Part shown: piece after piece, positions 11,028-23,065 of the stretch
Numbering within the stretch: the stretch's first letter is position 1
How the letters are laid out: each line of letters opens with the position of its first letter
Origin: an uncultured Gammaproteobacteria bacterium
Lineage (GTDB): Bacteria > Pseudomonadota > Gammaproteobacteria > SZUA-229
DNA length: 56,972 nucleotides
Direction of reading: 5' to 3'
Assembly: GCA_963924875.1 (NCBI GenBank)
Contig: CAWUSX010000007.1
Span: 1 to 56,972 of the forward strand
Program-made: the position numbers and the translations under genes
The notes under the pieces: generated by a model
Database searches by the model: none
The model's input: the letters and a program-made list of their open reading frames with translations, nothing else
What the model was told of the DNA's origin: nothing

Positions 11028-11420
11028 TCATCTATCCTGATGAAATGTTGCAAGGCGTCGAATAAATCCACTTTCCATTTTTGCCAGTACAGAACGTAGT
11101 TTCTGTTCCTGCTCATCCAGATGTAAAAATTCTTCCTCTACTGCATCACGTAATTTATCCAGACCCATCCCACCAATCGCGTTACGCACCGACACCAGAA
11201 CATCGACACCGGTTTTCACCAGCACGCCTTCATCAACTGCAATAAACACTTCGCCTTCTGCTGCACTTTCATAAACCAGTATTCCCGCGGGCAAAGGCAC
11301 CACACAATCCAGTCGACGTGGCAACAGGCCAAATGACCCTTCGTGTGACACCGCAACAATGCGCAGGACATCCTGCCTGTCTGCAAAAACTTTATATGGC
11401 AACAAAATTTTAAGATGCAT
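11028..11420 (-). CDS. atpC: N-ATPase epsilon subunit
   Basis: MHLKILLP...GSFGLLPRRLDCV...AVDEGVLVK; directly after atpD. Confidence 0.92.
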   Translation of the reverse strand: MHLKILLPYKVFADRQDVLRIVAVSHEGSFGLLPRRLDCVVPLPAGILVYESAAEGEVFIAVDEGVLVKTGVDVLVSVRNAIGGMGLDKLRDAVEEEFLHLDEQEQKLRSVLAKMESGFIRRLATFHQDR

Positions 11421-11422
11421 GG

Positions 11423-14244
<2,822 letters not shown>

Positions 14245-14252
<8 letters not shown>

Positions 14253-16638
14253 CCTGCCATTTCCAGTTAAGAATTTCCGGCATATCTTCGCCGTGTTTTT
14301 CGATGTAGACCTTATGGTCCTGCAGCTTGTCTCGCAAATACTGTTTTGCATAGGCGGCACGCGAACCCAGACTCGGCACGCGGTCGATCACATCAGCCGC
14401 AAGATGAAAGCGATCCAGATCGTTTAACACGGCCATATCAAAAGGCGTGGTAGTGGTGCCGTTTTCCTTGTAACCGCGCACATGCAAATGGTGGTGACTG
14501 GCACGTCGATAAGCCAGTCGATGGATTAGCCAGGGGTAGCCGTGATAAGCAAAAATAATCGGCTTGTCTCTGGTAAACAGCACATCATAATCTTTATCTG
14601 AAATACCATGCGGGTGTTCGCTCTCTGGTTGCAATGTCATCAGATCGACCACATTAATCACGCGAATTTTAAGTTCAGGAAATTGCGCGTGCAAAATCTT
14701 TACGGCGGCTAGCGTCTCCAGCGTTGGCACATCACCACAACAGGCCATCACCACATCTGGGTCACCCCCCTGGTCATTGCTAGCCCATTTCCAAATACCC
14801 AATCCAGCGGTGCAATGCTTAATTGCTGCGTCCATGTCCAGCCATTGCAGCTCGGGCTGTTTGCCTGCGACTATGACATTAATATCATTATGACTGCGCA
14901 GGCAATGGTCCGTTATACATAACAAGGTGTTGGCATCGGGCGGCAAATAGACGCGAATAATCTCCGCCTTCTTGTTAACAACCACATCGATAAACCCCGG
15001 ATCCTGATGACTGAAACCATTATGATCCTGTCGCCAAACGTGCGATGACAATAAATAATTTAACGAGGCAATGGGCCTGCGCCAGGCAATGTCGCGTGTT
15101 ACATCGAGCCACTTGGCATGTTGGTTAAACATCGAATCGATGATATGAATAAACGCTTCATAGCAGGAGAAAAAACCGTGACGTCCGGTTAGCAAATAAC
15201 CTTCCAGCCAACCCTGGCACTGATGCTCACTCAACATCTCCATCACTCGGCCATCGGGTGCAATGTTCTCATCGCCGGGCAGAATCTCTGCGGTCGAGCA
15301 GCGTTTGGTAACTTCAAACAGCGCCGCCCAGCGATTCGACGCGGTTTCATCCGGGCTGAAAATACGGAAGTTACGCGACTTGATATTGAGCTTCATAACG
15401 TCGCGTATAAGCTCTCCCTGAACACGCGTTGCTTCGGCCTTAACCTCACCGGGATGTGGTACCTCGACTGCATAGTCACGAAAATCTGGCATGCGCAAAT
15501 CACGCAACAACAAGCCTCCATTGGCATGCTGGTTCGCGCCCATGCGCTGGTGTCCTTTGGGTGCCAGTTCAGCCAGTTCAGCCATCAGTTTGCCAGACTC
15601 ATCAAACAGCTCTTCTGGACGGTAACTCTTCATCCACTGTTCAAGAATTTTTAAATGCTGTGGCTGCTTGATGAAGTTCGTCACCGGCACCTGGTGTGCG
15701 CGAAACGTATCTTCGATTTGTTTCCCATCGACGGACTCGGGGCCCGTCCAGCCCTTCGGCGAACGCAAAATAATCATCGGCCAGCGTGGACGTTCGCTGA
15801 ATCCATTTTCTCGCGCATCACGCTGAATCGCGCGAATTTCAGCCACCGCGATGTCGAGTATTGCGGCCATTTGTTGGTGCATTGTTTCGGGATCATCGCC
15901 CTCAACGAAATACGGCGTGTAACCATAGCCACGAAACAGAGACTCCAGTTCATCATGTGAAATTCGCGCCAGCACGGTGGGGCCCGCAATTTTGTAACCG
16001 TTCAAATGTAGAATCGGTAACACCGCACCGTCGTGCAGCGGATTAAGAAATTTATTGGAATGCCAACTGGTCGCCATGGGGCCGGTTTCCGCTTCGCCAT
16101 CGCCGACTACGCAGGCCACCAGCAAATCAGGATTATCAAACGCGGCGCCATAGGCGTGAGACAAGGCATAACCGAGTTCACCGCCTTCATTAATTGAGCC
16201 CGGCGTTTCCGGCGCAACGTGACTGGGGATGCCACCGGGAAAGGAAAACTGGGTGAATAATTTCTTCATCCCCTGCTCGTCCTCGGAAATATTTGGATAC
16301 ACCTCGCTATAAACCCCTTCCAGATAGGTGTTGGCAACAAGGCCCGGCCCACCATGTCCGGGGCCGGTAATATTGATAATGTTCAAGTCATATTGCTGGA
16401 TGATTCGATTGAGATGGACGTAAATAAAATTAAGCCCCGGCGTGGTTCCCCAGTGCCCAAGCAAACGAGGTTTTACGTGTTCAATCGTCAGGGGTTTTTT
16501 GAGCAATGGATTGTCGTATAAATAGATCTGCCCAACAGAAAGATAGTTGGCCGCGCGCCAGTAGGCATCCATTTTGCCTAGCAACTCTGCTGACAGCGGT
16601 GTGTCTTCTAACATTTGTTTTTGCGCCTTCATGATCAT
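14245..16638 (-). CDS. xfp: Xylulose-5-P/fructose-6-P phosphoketolase
   Basis: [34 protein letters not shown] (TPP motif), [12 protein letters not shown]; AAGGA RBS before ATG 16638 (alternative start 16662). Confidence 0.96.
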
Positions 16639-16662
16639 ATTTATTTCCTTTTGGCTTTTCAT

Positions 16663-16859
16663 TTATAGCGCCAGACCCAGCTGTTGAACAACCATTGCTG
16701 CGATCATCTGTTCTTCGTCGGTGCAAATAACACGCACCTTTACGCGTCCAGCGTGTGTAGAAATTACATCTTCATTTTTGGCATTACAATCTGCATTAAA
16801 TTTATCCCCAGGAAACTCCAGTCACCCAGTGTCGCGGCATAAGCGCTAATACCTTTTTG
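16663..16859 (-). pseudogene. ackA: Acetate kinase C-terminal remnant
   Basis: Fragments QKGISAYAATLG / LEF(L)G / NAKNEDVISTHAGRVKVRVICTDEEQMIA match the AckA C-terminus (IGAYAAALGG...VRVIPTDEELMIA), with an internal deletion and frameshift; stop at 16663-16665. Confidence 0.8.
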
Positions 16860-17002
16860 CTTCCTTATTGTTCAACCTGGATTAAGTCTGTTGATTACTT
16901 TTACTATTTTTCCTTAGAGATTTTAAAAATAGATGACGACTGCGACGGGCTATCCATCCGACAAACAGATGTAGTAAGTGTTCAGGCATATCCATATGAA
17001 TA

Positions 17003-19549
17003 TCATCGCTGCCAAAGAATATGCGCCTCTTCTAGTGGTATTGCCACACCTTCATGATGAGGGATCAGTCGCACCGTGTAATCTGTCGCGGGACGCGTGT
17101 CCGGCACCTCTGCCTGAAAGGCAACACCATTTACCGATCCCAGCAGATCTCGCACCGCCTTCATCTCAATTCGTTCCGCCGCATTGCCATCAATGCCATT
17201 GGCAAAAAGCTCAACACGTACTGCATGCGGTTCAAGATCATCAAGGTACACCTGAACTTCAAACACATGTTGCTCATTTTCTGTCAGCAGCGTCATTTCA
17301 CCAAAACGTAAAGCGGACCAGTGTTGTTGTAACATCTGCTTCCACTTAACCAGAGCCTCTCCCTTTGCACCCTTATTGGCCGCTCGTTCACAGTAGGCAG
17401 CCGCCGCCGGAAGATAATGTTGCTCGGTGTATTCACGCACCGCCCGATTACTTGAATACTGTGGTGTTAAACACGCCATGCTTTCGCGCATTCGTGTAAT
17501 CCAGGCGCCTGGCATGCCCTGTTCGTCGCGTGTATAAAATTCCGGAATTACTTCATTTTCCAGCAGCTCGTAAAGCGCGTTTGCATCATGCGCATCCCAC
17601 GCCGGATCGTCACCATGTTCCTGACCATCGCCCAGCGCCCAGCCAACATCAGGCGTATAGGCTTCCGCCCACCATCCATCCAGTACCGATAGATTAATGC
17701 CACCATTAACCAGTACCTTCATACCGCTAGTACCACAGGCCTCCCAGGGACGCCGAGGTGTATTGAGCCATACATCAATACCCTGAATCATCTGCTCGGT
17801 TATCAGCATATTGTAATCACTGAGAAAAACCACATGGGGACGTACCTCGGGCCGCTGGATAAAATGCGACCACTGCTTAATCAGCGCACGCCCTACTTCA
17901 TCTGCCGGATGTGCTTTACCCGCCATAATAAGTTGCACGGGGCGCTGTGGATTGGTGAGGATGCCGAGCAATCGTTCTGGATCATGTAGTAATAAGTTGG
18001 GCCGTTTGTAACTGGCAAAACGTCGCGCGAAACCCAGCGTTAAAGTATTGGGATCAAACAAATGTTTCGTCACAGCCACATCTTCAGGCGACATGCCTCG
18101 GACCGCCAGCTGCCGTGATACGCGTTGACGCACATAATCAACAAATGTCTGGCTGGCTGCGAGGCGAAATTTCCACAGATCCGTATCGGAGACCTGACGA
18201 ATTCGCTGCTCGAGTATTTCTGTTTCACCTAACCAGCGATCCTTACCACAGGCCTTAGTCCACAGGTCATCTGATGCCTCTGAATCCCAGGTCGGCATAT
18301 GCACACCGTTAGTAACGTGTCTGACCGGTACTTCATCGGTGGGCCAGTGCGCAAACAGTGGCTCAAATAAATGCCGGCTAACTCCTCCATGCAGCTGGCT
18401 CACACCATTCACCGCGCCACTGCCGCGTATTGCCAGATGAGCCATATTAAAAGTTTCGGAGGTATTGTCAGGATCTTCACGACCCAGGGCGAGCAAATCA
18501 TGGCAGGTAATGCCCAGCCTCTGTTCTGCATAACCACCAAGGTATTGCTCGATAAGTGCCGGCGCAAAACGGTCAAAACCAGCGGCTACAGCGGTATGCG
18601 TTGTAAACAGATTGCCCGCACGGGTCACCGCCAGTGCTTCTGCAAATGTTTTGCCGTTCTCCTCCATAAAACTGCGGGCACGTTCCAGCACAGCAAAGGC
18701 CGCATGGCCTTCATTTAGATGACAGACTTCTGGTCGTAAACCAAGCGCCTCGAGTAATCGCCAGCCACCAATGCCAAGCAACAATTCCTGTTTGAGACGT
18801 AACTCTGGCCCGCCGCCATACAACTCACTGGTTATGCCACGATGCGCGGGGTAATTTGCCGCATCATTGCTATCTAACAGATAAAGTTGCACTCGTCCCA
18901 CCTGCACCTGCCAGGCACGTAACCAGAGCGAGTAACCAGGCAGCGCAATCTCCAGACGTAACCATTCACCGCTGTCGGTACGCAATGGCGTAATCGGTAA
19001 CTGACCGGGATCGTTGTAAGGATACAGCGCCTGTTGCGCTCCATCCTTATCGATTTCCTGGCGAAAATAACCTTGCTGGTACAGCAGGCCTACACCCACA
19101 ACCGGCACACCCAGATCACTGGCGGCCTTAAGCTGATCACCTGCAACATTGCCAAGCCCACCCGAGTAGATAGGTAAGGCATCACTCAACATAAATTCCA
19201 TACTGAAATAGGCGACACAATTCAACTGAGTATCTGGGTAGGTTTGCTGAAACCAGGCGGGCGCTTCAACGGCAGTGCGTCTCGCCTGCAACAAGGCATC
19301 AATTTGTGTGCAGAAAACAGGATCCGCTAAAACATGCTGTAGCTTCTCGCGTGACACCGTCTGTAAAACAACCCAGGGATTTTTCGTTAGCTCCCAAAGC
19401 ACAGGATCCAGCTGACGCCACACCTGATCGGTATCATGATTCCATGACGAGCGCATATCCAGCGCAAGCTCGGCCAGTGAATCGAAGCCCTCTACGTCTC
19501 TTGTTGCATGACGTTGCTTGGGGTGATGAATACCTTTTTGTTCGTTCAT
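17003..19549 (-). CDS. glgP: Alpha-glucan (glycogen/maltodextrin) phosphorylase
   Basis: AYFSMEF, YSGGLGNVAGD, HLNEGHAAF, FARRFASYKR, EACGTSGMK (PLP lysine); ATG 19549 overlaps the upstream TAA. Confidence 0.96.
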   Translation of the reverse strand: MNEQKGIHHPKQRHATRDVEGFDSLAELALDMRSSWNHDTDQVWRQLDPVLWELTKNPWVVLQTVSREKLQHVLADPVFCTQIDALLQARRTAVEAPAWFQQTYPDTQLNCVAYFSMEFMLSDALPIYSGGLGNVAGDQLKAASDLGVPVVGVGLLYQQGYFRQEIDKDGAQQALYPYNDPGQLPITPLRTDSGEWLRLEIALPGYSLWLRAWQVQVGRVQLYLLDSNDAANYPAHRGITSELYGGGPELRLKQELLLGIGGWRLLEALGLRPEVCHLNEGHAAFAVLERARSFMEENGKTFAEALAVTRAGNLFTTHTAVAAGFDRFAPALIEQYLGGYAEQRLGITCHDLLALGREDPDNTSETFNMAHLAIRGSGAVNGVSQLHGGVSRHLFEPLFAHWPTDEVPVRHVTNGVHMPTWDSEASDDLWTKACGKDRWLGETEILEQRIRQVSDTDLWKFRLAASQTFVDYVRQRVSRQLAVRGMSPEDVAVTKHLFDPNTLTLGFARRFASYKRPNLLLHDPERLLGILTNPQRPVQLIMAGKAHPADEVGRALIKQWSHFIQRPEVRPHVVFLSDYNMLITEQMIQGIDVWLNTPRRPWEACGTSGMKVLVNGGINLSVLDGWWAEAYTPDVGWALGDGQEHGDDPAWDAHDANALYELLENEVIPEFYTRDEQGMPGAWITRMRESMACLTPQYSSNRAVREYTEQHYLPAAAAYCERAANKGAKGEALVKWKQMLQQHWSALRFGEMTLLTENEQHVFEVQVYLDDLEPHAVRVELFANGIDGNAAERIEMKAVRDLLGSVNGVAFQAEVPDTRPATDYTVRLIPHHEGVAIPLEEAHILWQR

Positions 19550-19845
19550 TATTTCCACATGACATCGGCGTTTTCTTTTGCCGCAGCAGACAATAGATCA
19601 ATCAGCGGCAAGGCCCGATGAGCCATGCTGACTGATGGTTCATCTGCATCCTTATCATCAACTGGCGTCGCCTCATTTTGTGCATCTATAGCCGCCGTTA
19701 ATTTAGTCAATGCTGCAGGTATATCTGCTGCCAGAATGGCACTGGGGACAGTTCCACTATGCCCCATCATTTTCAGCATAGAGAGGGCAACATCGCCAAA
19801 CATAGTGATGTCGGCAAAGGCACTGGTTGAGAATGTAACTAGCAT
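19549..19845 (-). CDS. DUF1840-family protein
   Basis: MLVTFSTSAFADITMFGDVALSMLKMMGHSGTVPSAI...VSMAHRALPLIDLL...VMWK. Confidence 0.8.
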   Translation of the reverse strand: MLVTFSTSAFADITMFGDVALSMLKMMGHSGTVPSAILAADIPAALTKLTAAIDAQNEATPVDDKDADEPSVSMAHRALPLIDLLSAAAKENADVMWK

Positions 19846-19920
19846 GAGAATCTCCCTGGTCATATTTTTATAAAACAAAAATTGGCTATAGCCTGTGCAG
19901 GTCGCGCCAGACGTTTACGA

Positions 19921-20157
19921 GATACTGTCAACTTATCTCATTATTTTATACCACTCAAGTGTGACAACTTATAAACGCCATCGTTACCGCATACCAGTAT
20001 TGGCCATGCTGGATGGTTTTATAATCGCTTCACTCTGAGCTTCAGGAATTTTCAACAACGACTCATTTCCGAGGTATCGTTGTTACTTATAAAACAATCC
20101 GTGAATGATGCTTAAAGCTTACACCCTGTTACGTAAAATCAATAAAAAAGAATCAGC
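19921..20157 (+). mobile_element. Decayed IS6-family element (left IR plus transposase N-terminus)
   Basis: IR-like GATACTGTCAACTT at 19921; from GTG 19961, across two frameshifts: MTTYKRHRY / IGHAGWFYNRFTLSFRN / RGIVVTYKTIRE*CLK, matching the IS6 transposase N-terminal pattern YxRHRFP..I.HAVW.Y.RF.LS.R...RGI.VSYETIR.WC.K. Confidence 0.8.
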
Positions 20158-20273
20158 TTGAACCTCCCCCAATCTACACATCTTCTGTGTTTCTGCAATT
20201 AACCGCATGCTGTGTTTTTAAGAATCAGGCTAAAATGGTATGATTGGCGGATATATTCAATGAGGAAAGACTA

Positions 20274-20594
20274 ATGGCGCAGTTCGTATTTGTATATCTG
20301 GGTGGTAATCAGCCATCCAGCCCGGAGAAAGCTAAGCAGCATTTTGATAAGTACATGCAGTGGTTAGGGACTATTAAAGAATCCGTTGTTAGCCCGATGC
20401 TGCCATTAAAAGATACAGCTACAGTAGGCTCAGATGGATCAATAAGAGAAGGCAGCAGCAGTGCGATGTCGGGTTTCAGCATCATCAATGCCGACTCGAT
20501 TAAGGACGCCCTGGCGATTGCACAAGACTGTCCGTTTCTTGAGATTGGTGGCTCACTTGAAGTCTCAGAGTTAATGCAGATGCCCAGTCAGTAA
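20274..20594 (+). CDS. YciI/YCII-related domain protein
   Basis: MAQFVFVYLGG...YMQWL...MSGFSIINADSIKDALAIAQDCPFLEIGGSLEVSE; GAGG RBS. Confidence 0.75.
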   Translation: MAQFVFVYLGGNQPSSPEKAKQHFDKYMQWLGTIKESVVSPMLPLKDTATVGSDGSIREGSSSAMSGFSIINADSIKDALAIAQDCPFLEIGGSLEVSELMQMPSQ

Positions 20595-20712
20595 CAAACA
20601 AAACCCACAACTGTTTTGAATAATTAAAACAATAAATCATGCAAAAAATAAAGGGGTAGGTTTAACCTGCCCCAATGCTGTTTTTATATTTGTAAAAGGC
20701 TGAATAGAAATT

Positions 20713-20976
20713 ATGATGGATATTGAAAAAGGTATACAGATTGATAGCATGAGAATTGCTGAATCAATCGAGTTATTAAACAAATTTGTTGATGATTCTA
20801 GTATTGATCCTTTTATCGCCGCATTAGAAGCTTTAAAAAATGACACTGGTAATAAGTCACTAATAGCGCAAGTCATTACTGTATGGAATGAACTTGGTAT
20901 AACGCAAGGCGCCGTTTTAACTTATGCACCTTATGTCTGGCTTATGTTGTCTGAAGACCCGTTTGGCGAAAAATAA
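20713..20976 (+). CDS. Hypothetical protein (87 aa)
   Basis: Clean ORF with protein-like composition, C-terminal QGAVLTYAPY; family not recognised. Confidence 0.6.
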   Translation: MMDIEKGIQIDSMRIAESIELLNKFVDDSSIDPFIAALEALKNDTGNKSLIAQVITVWNELGITQGAVLTYAPYVWLMLSEDPFGEK

Positions 20977-21279
20977 CGGTATTAAAGAGGCTGGTTCAAT
21001 CTAAGGCCTAATTTTTCATTTAAGCCACAGCGTTATCAAGTTTAGGGTTATCAAGCCCAGAATCATCAAACTATGGGCCAGCTCTTACTTTTACCTTTAA
21101 AATTTGACTGACGCGAGAGTAATGCAATTCAAAACACTCTCCCTTCTCTCTTATGCTATAGCCACCACTCGCACACGCATATGCGTCGCATTAACCATCA
21201 CTATTATCAGGTTGTATTATCATTTCACGCCCTAATATTTAAAGTACTGAACAAAAAAATCTAAGAATAGAGGTTGCGC

Positions 21280-22035
21280 ATGGCTACCACATCTTCAAGT
21301 TTCACTAGCGGTAAAGTAATAGAAAACAGAGCATGGACAGATCGGCTTTATTTACTAAAAATTCGCACCGATAAAATGGCATTTAAAGCGGGCCAGTTTA
21401 TCCGTTTACAACTTACAATTGATGGAAAAAATGTCGCCAAACCCTATTCATTGGTAAATTCGCCCGATGAAAAAGACATAGAGGTGATTTACAGTAAAGT
21501 TGATAATGGACTGCTTTCCAATGCATTGGCAACCCTCAAGGCAGGCGACACGATAGAAGTTTCACGACTCGCATATGGCTTCTTTGTGCTGGATGAAGTC
21601 CCCCAAAGCAAACAATTATTAATGTTTGCAACCGGTACCGGACTTGGGCCATATATTTCAATTCTTAAAACAGATGAAGTATGGCAACGTTATGAAAACA
21701 TCGTACTGGTACACGGCGTGCCACTCGTTGAAGAACTGGTCTATGCCGATCTAATCGAGACATGGCAGCAAAAATACCCGGAGCAATTTCAATTCGTCTC
21801 TTGTGTGTCACGCGAACAAAACCCGACGGGTTTACATGGCCGGGTAACGGATCTGCTAAGCAAGGGCATCCTCGAGGAGCATGTGGATCTTGAGATTAAT
21901 AAAGATAACAGCCATATCATGCTCTGCGGAAATCATAATATGATTAATGATATGAAAACGTTATTGGCTGAGCGTGACATGAGCAGACATCTTCGTCACA
22001 AACCAGGGCATATTACTACGGAACAATATTTTTAG
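21280..22035 (+). CDS. fpr: Ferredoxin/flavodoxin-NADP+ reductase
   Basis: FKAGQF, KPYSLVN, ATGTGLGPYISIL, MLCGNHNMI, C-terminal GHITTEQYF. Confidence 0.93.
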   Translation: MATTSSSFTSGKVIENRAWTDRLYLLKIRTDKMAFKAGQFIRLQLTIDGKNVAKPYSLVNSPDEKDIEVIYSKVDNGLLSNALATLKAGDTIEVSRLAYGFFVLDEVPQSKQLLMFATGTGLGPYISILKTDEVWQRYENIVLVHGVPLVEELVYADLIETWQQKYPEQFQFVSCVSREQNPTGLHGRVTDLLSKGILEEHVDLEINKDNSHIMLCGNHNMINDMKTLLAERDMSRHLRHKPGHITTEQYF

Positions 22036-22298
22036 TGGGGTGATAATAATAGATCATTCGTTGTGCCCACAGATGCGTTTGCAATATTAAAAATATCATA
22101 CTCTGCTAGCGATTAATTCTGACACCAGTTAATGTTTCGATTTCTTATCGAATCTGCTGCCTTTCATTTCGTGGTGACAGCTCGTGGTTAGTTTTTTACA
22201 CACAAAATAGCATAAATAATTAATAAGCAGCCGTCAGTGACAATACTTATAACCATCTTCCCCACCATCGGAAGAGCAAGCATATTAAGCCCCCCCTC

Positions 22299-22982
22299 TT
22301 AATTACCAAATATACATTCTTCATCATTATCTAACCATAATGGATAATTGTGCATAGCTTTGGAAAACAGGCGACTTTGTAAATGATAATTTAACCAGCT
22401 GTGTAAATGAGCATATGGCCCCTGTAAAAAAAATTGCTTATTTACTCGGGAATACTTTCGAACAAAAGGCAGTAATGCATAATCAGGTAAACTGGGTGTA
22501 GAGCCCATTAAGAATTCAGTTTCAGCCAGGCGATGCTCAAGCTGCAGAAGAAAAGGCTCACACTGTAAGCGACAATCTTCTTCGTCATTTCCGTGGAAGC
22601 GCCTGGCGCATTGGTATTGTTCTAGCCGGGGTATAAATTGCTGGTCATTTTGCGCAATCAGATGAAGCATTTCCGGCAGCGCATCTGCATCCTGTGAATA
22701 GAGCAAGTTTTCTGGATCATTGCGCTTTAGCGCCCACAACATGACATCTAAACTTTCATCGATGACGCATTTATTACCCACAGTTTTATGCTTACAGGCT
22801 GCGTCATTTTCCAGTATTAAAACAGGTACCGTACCTTTAGGAGATATAGCCAGAAATTCAGCGGGTTTATTCTGCATAACAATTGCACGCAGCTCTATCG
22901 TTTGTTGAGCCAATAATATGGCGAGCCTTGCACGCATGGCGTAGGGGCAATTTTGCAGCGAATACAGTATTGGAAATGTCAT
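22299..22982 (-). CDS. Glutathione S-transferase family protein
   Basis: LYSLQNCPYAMRARLAI, SPKGTVPVL, IDESLDVMLWAL, DYALLPFVR. Confidence 0.9.
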   Translation of the reverse strand: MTFPILYSLQNCPYAMRARLAILLAQQTIELRAIVMQNKPAEFLAISPKGTVPVLILENDAACKHKTVGNKCVIDESLDVMLWALKRNDPENLLYSQDADALPEMLHLIAQNDQQFIPRLEQYQCARRFHGNDEEDCRLQCEPFLLQLEHRLAETEFLMGSTPSLPDYALLPFVRKYSRVNKQFFLQGPYAHLHSWLNYHLQSRLFSKAMHNYPLWLDNDEECIFGN

Positions 22983-23065
22983 TGTTATTTGTTTTTAATT
23001 TGAATTCCCATTCTATGATTAAACGCCATCATTAAATGCAAAGCTAATGTTATCAGCCACGGTTT

